This document shows, in pieces, positions 1-13,969 of a stretch of DNA of 64,000 bases. The stretch comes from Styela clava (Eukaryota), in contig NC_135255.1 in the NCBI RefSeq assembly GCF_964204865.1, positions 13,640,001-13,704,000 on the forward strand, given 5' to 3'. The notes beneath the pieces were generated by a model. That model was not told the origin of the DNA and ran no database searches. It saw nothing but the letters and a program-made list of their open reading frames with translations. Position 1 is the stretch's first letter. The number at the start of each line of letters is the position of its first letter. The position numbers and the translations under genes are program-made.

Positions 1-3000
1 GATTTATTTGTAACAATAAGAAGGAATAATACTTTAGCTATATGTATCACGTTCATTGTTACATATGAATGACCAAAGTATTTCTTATAGATGTGTTGCC
101 TCGCGTTTAGAGTCAGTGTATGGGAGATAGTGTAACAGGTGTACGAGGTGCAACTCGGAACATAACTGAAGTTATTGCAACTGGTTGGTCATGAACGAAC
201 TTACCGGTAACTGTGAAGAGATGACATTTAACCCATTCTGTTTTTAATCGAAGGACATAAATATGTTTCCTCGTGAAAGCGGATCACCAGAAATTCTATC
301 TTTATAGTTAGGAAGTCTTTTGCTTTTAAACAAGGCAAGATGCAATACTGTGTACAATATCTTTAGAATTCGAGTTAATAATTAGATTTTTCTGCAAAAT
401 ATTGAGGACAGATTTCTTCTTATATCAGTCTAACTTATTTGTTGCATTTCCTTGAGTGACAGTGCAAGCATTTCCTCTTCTTCTGGATTATTGTTTATTT
501 TAGTCTCAAAACTTATTTTTAAAATTAAGCGGAAGGAAGGTTGACTGTGCAGGTACGTGATCACGATTATGTATATTTAGTGGTGCGTCACTTATTTTAA
601 GATGCGTAACGTGAGATCCAAGTCACCGTGCGTGCGTAAAACATAGTCAACAACTTTCGTTGGCAATAATTCCAAGCCAACCACCTAGATTTATACAGTA
701 TGAATCACTCGGAAAAGACTGTGCTTATTAACATATTGAGATACTTGTTTTGGGTGGTTACAATATCTGTTGTATATAGCCTTATTTGTAGCCAATTCTT
801 TTTTGTTTTCCAACTTGTTATATTGCATTCAAAATAGTTTTAATTTATAAATACTGACGAATGATGAACTCAAATATTGTTTACGGCTTGCGTATATGCC
901 AAAATGATTGATGGTCGTTAATCGTGGCGCGACAAAAATTAATTTAGAATTTAATTGCATCCATTACTTCAGAGTGCATGTTTGTTGTTAACTTTTTGAG
1001 TAAAATCAACTGAGGATTGAATAAAGTTAAGATATCTATGACATGATAACTTCGTTGAAGTCTTCCAATGCATTCCATGTTGGCCTACTTGTATCGATAA
1101 GTAGAAATCTTAATACGTTATCGCGGTGAAAGATTATGTCATTATGGTATACTTTGTATAGGATTACATAAGTTGCCCAAATTTTTGTTACGTTTTATTT
1201 AGCAAACTTTCGCTATTCCATGAAATTAATTGGTCACGTGATGAAAGATTTTTGCGCTTATGTACCACAGCGGTTATAAATCATGCAGAAATATGAGAAT
1301 TTTCCTATAATTAGCACCAGACTGCATGTCGATTAATAATACTTCCATAATATGAACCTAATTTTGGGGAAAAAGTATATTTTGTAAATAGCGTGTAAAA
1401 TCGTGCAGGCCTCACGTCCGAGGGCTACGATTGCTAATTGACTAATAATATTTGGCCTCCATATCATAAATTCGTGCCTAAAAACCTTTCCATCATAACA
1501 AGTAACTTGAATAAAGATACCAACAGGAACGCGTTGTTTGAATAAATTAATGCGTCTTACAGCGTCCCAATCAGTACCATTTTAGGTGTATGACAAAAAC
1601 ATCAGGACAAAATCGTTATTTTGAAGTAATTTTGAATTCGATAGCCCGAAAGCAACATATATTATAGCCATGGAAAAGGGCAAAACGCAATTTATGGTCT
1701 ATATACGCAAACAACCAGCTTTTCTACCCAAGATATATTGTGGAACATATCAATAAATATTGTTTTCAGTATTATTTGCATTAAAATGTTATTTGAGAAA
1801 TTATTGAGGCTAGACTGTTTGGACATTTCTCTGTAGACATTTTGGGCCAGAGATGCATTCTCAATTAATATAATATTGTATGAATGTATTGAGGACGAAA
1901 AATACATCCTGTTGCCAAAATTGTTTGTTCGTTCTGTGCGTTAATTGGGCGAAATACGACTGAATTTTCAATTCTTAAGCAAATAATGATTGCATAATAG
2001 AGGGCCATTTACAAATTCTTGGAACTAATCATGTTTTCTTATTGATGTTCGGTTTCCCTAATCACCGCATCTTTTGAATGAATCAAGGTGTAATTGGTAC
2101 AGTACAGATACAACGAGGGCATTCGGGGTCTAAATGTTTCTATTTTATTAGCTGTGTATTGACTTGTTAGGGTAATTTACTACCTACTTATTATCATTTA
2201 TTATAAGTTCAAATGGCAATAAAACATTTATTAAAATTATGTTCACAAGCTCATTAATCGAAATTATATTACTGATGTTTTTTTCACGTGTATGGGTTTT
2301 GTATATTAACCCCAAACGACGCAATATTGCCGTGAAATGTCTGAGTACTTTTCGTACTCTAAAAATCCGGTCATTTAGTTTTCTTTTCTGATGATCTTCC
2401 TTATGCAAACTATTTGTTTTTACCATTTCATTTCCTAATGTGAGAAGCACCATTTGCCGTGGTCGGATGTTGCTGTTAGCTGGCTTTAAGCTTCTTGTGC
2501 GCTTATGATGAAGTTCACGCACAAGAGTAAATATCCGAACGGATATGCATGTTTGTTTGCGTTTTGCACGCACGCGCAAGTTTGTTTAATTTCGGCAAAA
2601 TCAATCACGTACGTCCCTAGATTCACCTGTAGCGAAGCAAAAGCGGGGAATATGCACATTTCGTGTTTGTTTAAGTGTATATACGTGTAATGCTGGCGAG
2701 GAAGTTTTTTCTAATTAGCACGTTGGTGCGTTTACACGCTTTTTCACGCCATTGATCGTTTTAGCGCGCGTACTTATAGCCTAGAATATTGGTTAGGCGG
2801 ATCATTCACCATCGAGATGTGGTAGATAAAGGAGCGTGGCGTAAAAGAGAAAAAACGAAAAAGCTTAGTACTTAGTTTTATTAGGTAATGGTCCAGTTGG
2901 CTAATTAAGTTAAAAGTGCTGTTTCTCTCAATTTTAATATTATTTTTTATTTTATTAGTCTGATGATTGCGCACAAATTAGTCTTATGTATCTTTGAAAA

Positions 3001-4283
3001 CGCGTGTACGCATTGTTTGATCAAAGATTAAATTGAGTTTAAATATTAAAATCTCAAGCCGCCATCTCTTGATTCGTAATCTCTTACAATATCAGTAAAT
3101 ACAGACAAGTATAATAGAATTAAGTAACGATTTCAAAGAAATAGGAATGTCTTAGAAGGTTTTTCGCTAGACGGTTAATGAGATTTGATAGCGAAAAAAC
3201 ATTCATTCTAAAATGCTTAATTCATTCTAATGAAGGTACGAGTATAATTTTTCTTGATAAGCAACATTTGATCATTTTCGAAAGTAGCGTCGATTTGGTA
3301 ACATCTTAAGCGGTTTCTATCAGCTGTTATCTATCCCTCTACTAAATTACGTTCTTGTATCAAGGTGACAATATTAGATGTATTGTTAATAAGTAGAAAT
3401 AGGTTTCAATACATGCAGCTGTTCATTTCGCTATTAAAATTGACAATGAGACTTGCTTTACACAACAATGAGTTTATTTTGTATTTATTTGGGATGAATG
3501 TATAGAGAGTTTAGGGCGTGACTCACATGGGTGATGTAATTATAACGTGTAAGCCCAAAACGTGTAAGCCGGAAACTTTACCGAAATCGAAATCGCGTGT
3601 ATAAATTTTTGTTCAAATTTTGTCAAGTGGGCACTTGGTGCACTGTATTCTTGTATTACATTACTTCAATGCTTTCAACGCATGGATACCTACTTAACTC
3701 GTGGGAGCTACATTGTTTAAAGAATTCAAAGAATAATACGAGAGAATATTCGTCCAATCATGTCAAACAAAGGCGTCACGTCGCTGTCTGCAGTCAGCCA
3801 TTCCGCACCTCTGGCGGGGTTTTAAATCGCCCTATTCATACACACATTCGCTCATCCGCAAACTGTTCGTCGCTTGTCGGCCGCCGTTGTAAATGTAATC
3901 CGATGGTTTTGTACCCCACGTAGGTCTAGAGAGGCACAATTCATAAAATTATTACACGATCAATAACGCAGCTGATAGATAGAAGAGGATTTGACAGATG
4001 TTGCCCAGAAAGTTAAATCGAAGAGAGTCGATTGAGAATGACTCATTTGGTACCAAGTTTTTCAAAGAGAAGGGTCACGGCAATAGTCGAGAAATATTAG
4101 TCAGGCTATACAGTCTGCCAGTAGTGAGTGATAGTACATGGAAACGAATTTGAAAGAATACATTATACTAATATAGAAGTGCTATTTCTAACTATCTGAA
4201 TATTTTTACAGAGTACATAAAATACGATAACCGAACATAATACTTTCTGAATTGCTGCAATTCAGTATTGCCTTTTTGTAATC

Positions 4284-7200
4284 ATGGTATACCAAGGTAT
4301 GACCAGCGAAGATACGCCGAATACAAGCATTATGAGCAACAGCAAGAAACTGACACCGGGACCTTATAGAGCCACAAAATTATGGAATGGAATAGTAAAA
4401 AAATTTCGAGAAGAAATGCAATGCAAAAAACATCGCAGACATTTGAAGACTTACAATGCATGTTTTTCAGCAAGCGAAGCTACTGACTTTTTGCATGATC
4501 TTTTGAAGAAAAACTGTAACATCGGAAACGATGTGGCCAGGCACCAGGTAGGAAAATTAATTGAGGCATAACAAATTCAAATGTACATTTTTTAAGGTGT
4601 TCAATTTTAAATTCATTTTTTTAATATTCAAATCGCCGATAATAGTAAAATAGTATACAGTATTTGGCATATTATATACTTTGTCAGCGATCAAAACATG
4701 ACTCATTGATTAACTCAAAAATTGTGTGGTATCGACTTTTACTACATTACTTAAATAGAGACGACGCCGGTTTCCTCGCTAATGTAGAATTTAACAGAAG
4801 TTAATAATTTACCTTCAATTTTCAGACTGTTCAACTCTTACGTAAATTTTTGAAAAATCACGTCATCGAAGACGTACAAGGTCGATGGGGAAACGAGAAT
4901 TTCGAAGATGACGGACGACTTTTCAGGTATGTTCTATTTTAAAACAATAATGACTTTTCATGTGGGCTACATAAAAGGCGAATATAATCATTACGCAAAT
5001 CAAGCATCGCTGTTTTAAATAACCATTTAACTTTTCTCACCTTGAAGTTGACCGCAAAATATTTCTAATTTGGTATAAAATTACAGATTTCCGCTCGATG
5101 TATCATTGGAGCAAACCCTTCGTCATCCTTTGGGAACACTAGACGACAACGTGCCTAAACATACAAGGAAAGCAAACACGTCAAAAAAGATGAAAAGAAA
5201 AAGCAAAATCTCGGTCGGATTTGAAAACAATAACGTAATAGAAACAGAAAAGAAACAAGAAGGTGTGATTTGAATTATGAATGTTGGAACGGTTTTGATA
5301 AACAGATGTATTACAACTTAGCGTAGTAATATGCTTGTGTTATAGGTTATAATAACCAGTCATATTGATTAAATATATTAGTGTCATAAACATCAGTCTT
5401 TTGATATATATTCGGTCAATATATATCGATTCCATATTTGACATTGGGGCGCAAAAAGCGTTTCGTAAACAATCATATATTTAAATTACCCCACATTACA
5501 GCATTAACTTCAATCGCGCAAGCGTTTTATGCATTGTAAATGTGACATTTCTAGGCGCGATAATCTAACAAAAAGAAAAAACATTCTCTTTGAATGTAAC
5601 AATTATCACGGTAATTAAGCCATTTTCGCAGTATAGGTTGAGTACGAGTTAGCCAATAGCGTATCTTTCTTATCTATGATAATGTAATGCTGACCTAAGG
5701 GTGGTCATTAAATTCTTATAATCAGAAATAATTTTGTACTTCAGAAACCGAAAAAGTAACAGCAATTAAAAGTTCATCGACGTCGTCAACTTCGTCAAAT
5801 GACCACCTAAAACGGCCGTTGCCACCGGTGCCAGTAATTCCAAAATGCCGGGTCCTCTCACAGACAATAACAGAAGCCGATGTACAAGACGCATGGAAAA
5901 AGGAATTATTATGTAGACTTCAAGGAGCACTTAAACTCGACACACTGGACGAAATTCTTAATGAAAATGAAATAAGCGGTATGTATTTATATATAAGCGA
6001 TGCGGACGTAGCAAGATTCTAACTTGGATCGTTTTATAATGCTTTTGTTGTTTATTTTTCTACAGGCGAAGATATTCGACACAACTCAACGAAAATAGGA
6101 AAGTCAGGTGTTGTTCAAGTCGAGAAGGGAGAGGATATTCCATACTGGGCACTGAGCGCAATGACATGTCTTGCTAACTGGCCTAATGGCAAAGATACAG
6201 GTAGGCTGACTTTTGTATGCATTCTTACGGAATACTAACTTTGTAAAAGTAATCAAATCGACTCACATCACATTAAATCAATTAGACATTGCATGTAACA
6301 ACCCTTTTACATTTTAGGCCTACCCTGCTATCCAGGTTTTGAAAAAGACGTTTTCAAAGCGGTGTGCGACTACTATTGTGGTATGCAGTCTGCCAACACT
6401 CTTGAAAATTTCGGCACAACAAAAAGACGACAAGCAATGAGCTCGCAACCAGTTCTCCAGCCAGAACCACTGCTCACTTATGAACACTATGAACTTTTTA
6501 CAAATATTGTGTGTCTCATACAACCGGACATGGAGAAGGTCGCTATCGAATCATTGCGTCTTGCCTTGCTCATTTTACCTCCATCAAACAGAAGAAAACT
6601 TCATTTACTCTTGCGACTGATGTCAAAAATGTGCAGCAATCCACATTTAGTAAAATTGGGTGGTCACACAAGTACCAGGTAAAAATTCTATTTTTAATTT
6701 AATAAAAATAATAAATAATAAAAAAAATTGGAAGCACAATATCGATTGCTAACACTTCTTTCTTGGTTATAATTTAGATCTCTATTACTTCAAAAGTTTT
6801 CGCGACACATTCTATCATGTAACGAAGAAGTTTACTTAGACGAGCTATTGGCGATGAGGCTGGTTTCATTCATGGTCGACCATCATACAGAGGTAAATAT
6901 ATTTTGTAATATATATATTAATAATTGCGATGTAAAAAGTAAAAACCAGGCTTAGTGTAATTCACTGCATTTATTGATTTTAATAATTTGACTTGGAAAT
7001 GAATTAATAAATAATAATATTTTTTCAATTTAGGTTATGAAAGTCCCGACCGACATTGAAAAAGCCGTTGGTGATAAAATTGCCAAGATGCGTCGCCCCG
7101 ACATTCGCTATAACGATTCCGGAGAAGAAGTCACGCCTACACATTACGTTCTGTCGTCAAATAGTGAAGCAAAGGCAAGATGGCGATATAGAGCACAGCA

Positions 7201-8140
7201 AGTTCAAGGAGAACGACACCATTTCAGACGCAAATCCACTGACATTATGAAATCTTGGGATAAACTGGTCTCTTCAATTAAAAATAAGCACTCAACACAT
7301 GCTTCGTCAAGCGCCACCGATTCTTCAGACAGTGAATCGTAAGTTTCAATTCTATGTACATATATGTTTACAATTATTGGAATAATTTTGAAAAAAATAT
7401 CTGTTACCAATACATTACACGAATTTATATACTGATTTCGGGGCTCCCGAAGTATGCGAACCAAGATGGCGGACATCGGAATGTATTATGTGTACTAGGT
7501 TAGGGTTAGGCCATAATTTTAGGTATAAATACTACGGGAGGCTCTTGGCTAGTCTTCAAACTGATAATAGGACTAAAATAAGGGAAATTGGAAAAAAATT
7601 ATGGCCTAACCCTAACCTGTTACCCATGTTACGTTGCGATGTCCGCCATCTTGGTTAACATGCTTCGGGAGCACCCTGATTTCTGTTTAAATGTCATCCT
7701 CCGTTAAGCGCTATAGAGCTACCCCCTAGATAGCATAGTCTAAGTCTAATCCTACATAACTAATTATTCATCTATTGTTTTTCAGGTACGTTAAAATGAG
7801 TAAACTCCACACGAAGCGGAATAACAGATTTAGTCATCTCCCCCAAGAATCAGCAACTCGTTTCAGACAGCGAACGAATACAGTTGGGACAAGGTTTCTG
7901 GAACCGTCTTCATCTCCCGCAGATGTAAGTCAAGGGCATCGATCACCACTGAATGTAGATTTCAACGAATCAAGAATCAAGCCAGCAAAATCATGTTCCG
8001 ATATCTTTGATTTAAAAACGTCGTCTTCCTCTTCAAGTACTAAATTGCAGAAAGCGTCTGATTTGGGGTCATCATGGAATTTAAGATTACGACCGATGCT
8101 AGGAAAGCCCTTTAGTAAATTCAGAAGATCTAAGGTCTAA
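4284..8140 (+). CDS. DEPDC1: DEP domain-containing protein 1-like (DEP + RhoGAP-like), 9 coding exons: approx. 4284-4547, 4826-4926, 5087-5262, 5745-5978, 6066-6200, 6318-6678, 6778-6892, 7034-7338, 7786-8140
   Basis: The N-terminus [11 protein letters not shown]...[13 protein letters not shown]...[24 protein letters not shown] matches the DEPDC1 DEP domain. The RhoGAP-like part contains [38 protein letters not shown] and [20 protein letters not shown] junctions join in phase. Confidence 0.9.
7440..7675. mobile_element. MITE (family A) with GG...CC termini and 8-bp TSD, in the last DEPDC1 intron
   Basis: TIRs GGGGCTCCCGAAGTATGCGAACCAAGATGGCGG / CCGCCATCTTGGTTAACATGCTTCGGGAGCACC. Direct repeat CTGATTTC at 7432-7439 and 7676-7683. 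Internal GGTTAGGGTTAGG / CCTAACCCTAACC. Confidence 0.85.
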
Positions 8141-8989
8141 TCGTAAATCATCTAATTGATGCTGTGTAGTGTGTACTGCTGATATAGATAGATACTGCCC
8201 GTCTAAAATTCACTCTTAGCCTATATTATTTTAATACGTAAACAACCTTAACTAATCTATTTCGGCAGTGGTCGTGAATTGTTCCAATATTTCAAAACAC
8301 TTGTTTCTGGTATATTTGTTACCGAACTTTTTTGTTTCTTATTTGCCCATTAGTTCCAAACTATGCAATCACCTGGTGTTTCTTAGACATGGTGAGAAGT
8401 TGTGCTTTTAATAACAATGAGCAAAGTTAGTTTTTCAATTTTGAATCATTTTCTTCAACTTATTGTAATGCTATCCCAGAACAAAAGGGTCGTTGTATTA
8501 GCAGAATCAGTTGAATAAATTGGAAAGTAAAAAACAAAGTTCAAATTCGGCAAACTTTTGAAATGTCCATATATGAAGCAATGTTTTACATAATTTATAC
8601 TGATATAATAATATCATAAATTGGCAATTTGATATATAATTGAATAATTCCCTTTTTATATTATGTTTACTATTTTATATTCTGTCGTCTTTTATGTGTG
8701 TCTGTATGTGAACTGTATTTTCCGTGATACTTGTGCGTTTCTAATGTTTGTTATCTATACTAAATATGATGTCAAATGACCTGCGCAATTGACACAGCCT
8801 TTTCCATTTTACGAATAAAATTTAACTTATCAACAGAAATTTGCTTCGTATGTTGATGTAATACAATTATTCAGGTTCTAAGCCAGCCAACGAGAAAAAT
8901 ATTAGGCAAACACATATTTCACAAAGACATGACATCGACATCAACCAAGAATTGAAAGATTACTTACAGATAGTTTGCAAGGACTGGCT

Positions 8990-9447
8990 ATATGTGGTTT
9001 ATCAGATTACCCACTGTCCGTCAGCCACACCGTCGAACACAAAACAATTGGACATTGACAGGCGAAGAAATCACACTTGCACTCTGACTTCCGGTCATGT
9101 GGTTGCCCCTATAGGAGAAATATATAGTTTTTTCATTGTCAGTTGCTTCCATTGACTATATTGTCTGCATTTGTATTAGCAAAGCTCCCATGACATGACT
9201 AGTCGCAATAAACATGTAATAAATATGTGGTTTATCAGATTACCCACTCTCCGTCAGCCACACCGTCGAACACAAAACAATTGGACATTGACAGGCGAAG
9301 AAATCACACTTGCACTCTGACTTCCGGTCATGTGGTTGCCCCTATAGGAGAAATATATAGTTTTTTCATTGTCAGTTGCTTCCGTTGACTATATTGTCTG
9401 CATTTGTATTAGCAAAGCTCCCATGACATGACTAGTCGCAATAAACA
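8990..9447. repeat. Near-perfect direct tandem duplication, period 233 bp
   Basis: ATATGTGGTTTATCAGATTACCCAC...GCAATAAACA occurs at 8990-9214 and again at 9223-9447 with only a couple of substitutions. Confidence 0.9.
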
Positions 9448-10984
9448 ATAATGGAGCGCAAGCCAAATCTATAAATACACATTTGTGATTGTGCAAAGCT
9501 GACCGAACATTTCCCAAGCTTAGAATCTCCATTACAACATTCACTTACAGCTCATCGAGTCTAAATCACTACAGTTGGACAACACCATATTGTTCGCCAC
9601 GAAAACACCCGCACGGCGGGCTTGACCACCGTCACTTCTGAAAGTCGAAGCTCAATACAAGAGTATATTAGGCACTTTCCCATTCTGATAAGGTGTCATT
9701 ACCATTGAAGTTTAGTAAGCCGCAATGGCCACTTACTCCACACTAAATAAATGAAGAGATAAGTATAAAATAATTGTTACTGCGTTCGTTGTCTGTAGCC
9801 TATGTTGACTTTTATCCACGTTGCATGCAACAAGTGCCTGTTTTTGTGTGTCGCTCTTTTTTGACTAATAAAACATGCAAAAAATAGCTTTGATTGGCAA
9901 CAATGGAATACAAGCCAGAAGAGGATTGTTAAAGACGAAGATTGCCAGAAGTTACTCCAAGTGACATTTGTTGTGATTTTATTAGCACATGATGCCTGCT
10001 GAACGAAGAATGTGTGCGCATAGGAAAGGGGTGATGTTGGGGCCCTGTGTAGGACACTATTCTAATCTTTAACAATATGAAATGCGGCTCAGGCTGATTT
10101 AAGAGCACGACGAATAAGCTCATTGAATACCTCTTAGCAATGGGTCAAATATATTACACTGACGGACCATTCCACATTTCACCCGATTTTTTTTTCCAAT
10201 TCATTGTAGGTTGCATCGCACATTCTAAATATAGAAAAAACGTAGTTTGCAAGTTGATTGGTGGACAAAAACTCCGTATATGAACTTTAAATAAAAATGA
10301 AAGTATAACTTTGCTCTGGTACATTGGGTACTCTCAATCAATGTTTGGGCACATACTTAACGTAGACGAAAATATTTAGATGCAGAACCGATGCTATCAT
10401 AATTTTTTCATTTTATATTTTAGGGGCTTTTAAGTCTTTGAAAAAATCTGTAAAATCGTTTCTAGTTCTTAAAAAGGCTACCAAGTGTGTTCTTTTCTGA
10501 TTATATGGCTATCAGATAAGAATTTGTTTGATATTGTAATGCTAGTCAAAAGGATCATCAGTGGTTAGCTAGAAAGTACCGGATTTTAGGGGATGTCTTC
10601 GGGTTTCAGGATTTTTATTGTACATATTATTTTTCTTGCTTCGTGATGCCTGGTGTTTTTTGTTATTTTCATTGGAGTATTTGATTGTATTAAATATTTG
10701 GTATGGACACTTCACTTCCTCGAACTTTAGCCACAGAGAATTTCTCAAAAAAATTTACGTCTACATTATGAGTTAGCTCTTATAAACTGGCTTACATGTT
10801 TGAAACCAGAATTCTGAATTAGAATTATCTATCCGTTTACAAATACTGAGCGCTAATTTTAGCCTAGTCTATAGCTATCAAATAGTAAGCTGACCTCATT
10901 TATGACAACTGACACTAAGGACACAACCTTACCTGAATATCTGTCTGGTTGACAGAAGCGTATGAACGACCACAGAAATTGCAA

Positions 10985-11190
10985 CCATTCTATCCTCGAG
11001 TCCTCGACCCACTGCCATGTGACCCTCAACCTTCCTCTCTTCGATCCAATGCACTATCTCCCTAGACCTTTTTATCCTCGACCCACTGCCCTATCTCTCT
11101 CAACGCACTACCTTATTACCCTCAACCTTTCGATTCTCGTCTCACTGTCCTATCTCCCTTAACCTTCCTATTCTCCACCTGCTGTACTAC
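10985..11190. repeat. Degenerate pyrimidine-rich minisatellite (~35-bp units)
   Basis: Recurrent CTCGACCCACTGCC / CTATCTCCCT / CTCAACCTT motifs. Confidence 0.5.
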
Positions 11191-11668
11191 TGATAATCCA
11201 TGCTTAGCGGTTATTTTAAATAAAAATGTTTTATTTATAAGTAACTGGATATCGGTTTTCATATTTTGTATATTTGAAAATCTGATAATTCTCTAAGTGA
11301 AAATAAAAGCCATCCCCCCAAAATATGCCCTAGTGTTATTTTTCGAAAAAAAAAGGGAATTAATATTGCTCGTGCAACAAATTTATGAATATTGCGTGTA
11401 TGTCTTTGCCAATTTATTTGTCTATAATGAAGTCGAATATTTATTATCTGTGTTATTTGAATATTTATCGAGATGAACTTGATAGTGATAATAAAACCAA
11501 CGAGCCAAGAAATAATATATACTAAAATAAATGATGAGCGCGCAATACATTTTCATAACAAGGAAAATAAATATATATAATCCTTGAACCGTATTGATAA
11601 AATTTGGCATAGGTATTAAAAGTACATACCGGTATTAGAAAATGTTTGCAAATCGCCTTCAACTAGAC

Positions 11669-12097
11669 CAGGGGTCGGCAAACTTTCGTCGTTCGCGGGC
11701 CAAAATTCAAGGTTGCAAGTCATTGGCGGCCGGACATATTTTTAGAAAGTTAAAAACCGAGAGAATGGACAATGAATCACATTTTTCACATAGATTTCAG
11801 TTTGATTTAAAGCTGCGCGCGAAGACTGGTCATTTGAATATTTTCTGCGCCATCAAACCATTTGCACTCTGCAACAACTTTTTTACGTTCTGTTGCCATT
11901 TGTCTAATTATATTCAATTCCTAGGCTTATTAAACGAGTGTTGTGAATTATATACTTGTTAGGTTATAATATAATTTATTGTCTCAAAACATTCTGTTAC
12001 GTAAAGAATATAATCGTTAATACAGTTGTTTTGGTATTATAATTCAGTGACGCGTCGCGGGCATATTGTTCCGTCGGCAGTAGTTTGCCGAACCCTG
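11669..12097. mobile_element. hAT (Charlie-type) non-autonomous element
   Basis: TIRs CAGGGGTCGGCAAACT / AGTTTGCCGAACCCTG. 8-bp TSD AACTAGAC / ATCTAGAC with central TA. Confidence 0.8.
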
Positions 12098-12487
12098 ATC
12101 TAGACATTTTATAGAAGTTTTTCAGGATCCCGTCTTTGGCATATATATCCGATCACCCACGAATGACGGGAGAAAATATATTTCGCTCTCGTCTTAATTT
12201 GCTAATCTCAAAGTTGGCTGTTTTACCAATGCAAGTCTTGCTATTTAAAGTTCTCGAGCTGTTTTCATGAATACTCAATCCGGAATCTTGAGTCTTCTGG
12301 TGAAACAGCCATAGTAAAACAACCTAACTGTGACATTATGAGCGCGACGACGAATTTGGTCAAGTAGGCAACTATTCATTCCATTCCGGCCGTCGTCGGG
12401 TGTGGACATGTCTGCTTGAAAAGACTAGACGTCACTAGAGAATGCTACGCGCTGTATGTTTCGGTACTTGTATCGCGTAATATTAAC

Positions 12488-12710
12488 ATGAGCAAAGCCC
12501 ATCCACCGGAATTAAAGAAGTTATTGGATAAAAGATTGGATTTAAAGTTAAATGATGGACGATCTATTACGGATATATTGCGAGGTTTCGATTCTTTTAC
12601 GAATCTAGTTGTGGATGATCGAACAGAGCGCAGAAAAGACGGTACCACTGAAACTGTTGGTCGTCGGAAATTCGATATTATTGTTGGAAGTATTGGAACG
12701 GATACAATGA
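12488..12710 (+). pseudogene. SNRPG: Processed pseudogene of Sm protein G
   Basis: MSKAHPPELKK...LKLNDGRSITDILRGFDSFTNLVVD is SmG, and it is intronless. A deletion/frameshift near 12660-12665 moves GNSILLLEVLERIQ* into another frame. Conserved Gly, Pro and Met positions are substituted. Confidence 0.85.
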
Positions 12711-12773
12711 TTTTAAATTGAACTAATCGAAAACGACAAAAGAACCCGATAACCCAATCCATGACTTGTGCAT

Positions 12774-13352
12774 GGGTCTTACTACTTACTGAATACAGCG
12801 CAAAACACCGCAAAACAGAAGGAAACCAACGCAAAACAGGGAAACAGCGCAAAACAGGAGACGCAGTCATTACCACCTCCTGCCACGAAAGAACCACGGC
12901 GCCTCTCGCCATGGTTTTATGGCGCTATTTCCGGCATATTTACAAGGTTATGTACCGGATTACAGGTCATCATGCGAGATTTTATCTACCTTTTTGGTGC
13001 TCCAGAAGTATGTGCAACAATATGTCGCACAACCTGAATCCGCTACACACACACCCACACGTACTATTTTCAGGTTGTGCGACATCTACGTGCACATACT
13101 TCTGGTGGTCCCTTTTTACCTAACCCTAAAGCCAACCATATCCATATGGAAAATGTTCTAAATTATGGTACCCAAAATGTGTCACCAGCAGGGGCAGACC
13201 TGCCATTACAGCATTTCTGGCTACATACGTTGGTTTGTGTTTTTAATTTGCTGCCGTGGTACTCCAACTCAAAACAAGGTGCCCCGAACTCATTGCAAAA
13301 TTTTTTTCCGCTTCACACTGTTTCGCGCTGTATTCAGTAAGTAGTAAGACCG
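12774..13352. mobile_element. Non-autonomous Mutator-like MITE (family B, GGGTCT termini, 9-bp TSD)
   Basis: TIRs GGGTCTTACTACTTACTGAATACAGCGC / GCGCTGTATTCAGTAAGTAGTAAGACCG. TSD CTTGTGCAT at 12765-12773 and 13353-13361. Confidence 0.85.
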
Positions 13353-13969
13353 CTTGTGCATAGACTGCTATGGAACATTCAATCTATTTACCGAGCTTGT
13401 TTTTTAGTAACATTTTTTGTCACTGTGATATTTTTGCAATCAAATTGAACTAGGCCTACTGCATCATCATTTTAGCAAGTGTTTTTTATTCCATAGTATT
13501 TTTCTACACACTCCACCCGTTTACTAATTCGATGTTGTATTTACTTTGGCAATCTCTACAAAATTATTCTTGGTGTGGCCAAATATATGTATATGTTACG
13601 CTTCTCCAGTGATCTCTTCCATTATTACCGCCAACAGTAAAAAATGAGAAAAAAATGTTTACTTTATTTTAATCAAGCATTCTTCGTGATACTACTCCAC
13701 AAAATCTGTTGACTATATTATACTTTACACCAAGCCAACCGCATGCCTGCGTGTGTGATTCGACTTTGTTCGGACATGAAAGATTGAGTTTCACCACAAC
13801 CCAAAATTAGAGAATTACTCAATATATAAAACTTACGGAAGTAGAGTCAAAGATAAGTTAGAATCATAGATAAATAAGAAAAAATTATGTAAAGAAAGTA
13901 AATTAGTAAAGAAAAATGAATTATAATAGTAGGTAAATTGCATAAAAGCTCGATTCAAACATTTGGCGA

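Noticed and set aside
1-4200. Short ORFs and clusters of TAATTA/E-box-like words upstream of DEPDC1
   Set aside because: No recognisable domains or exon chain. The motif density is not distinguishable from AT-rich background by eye, although regulatory elements may well lie here.
12445-13340. Overlapping 80-155 aa ORFs on both strands
   Set aside because: They lie in the MITE's short repeats or antisense to the SNRPG pseudogene.
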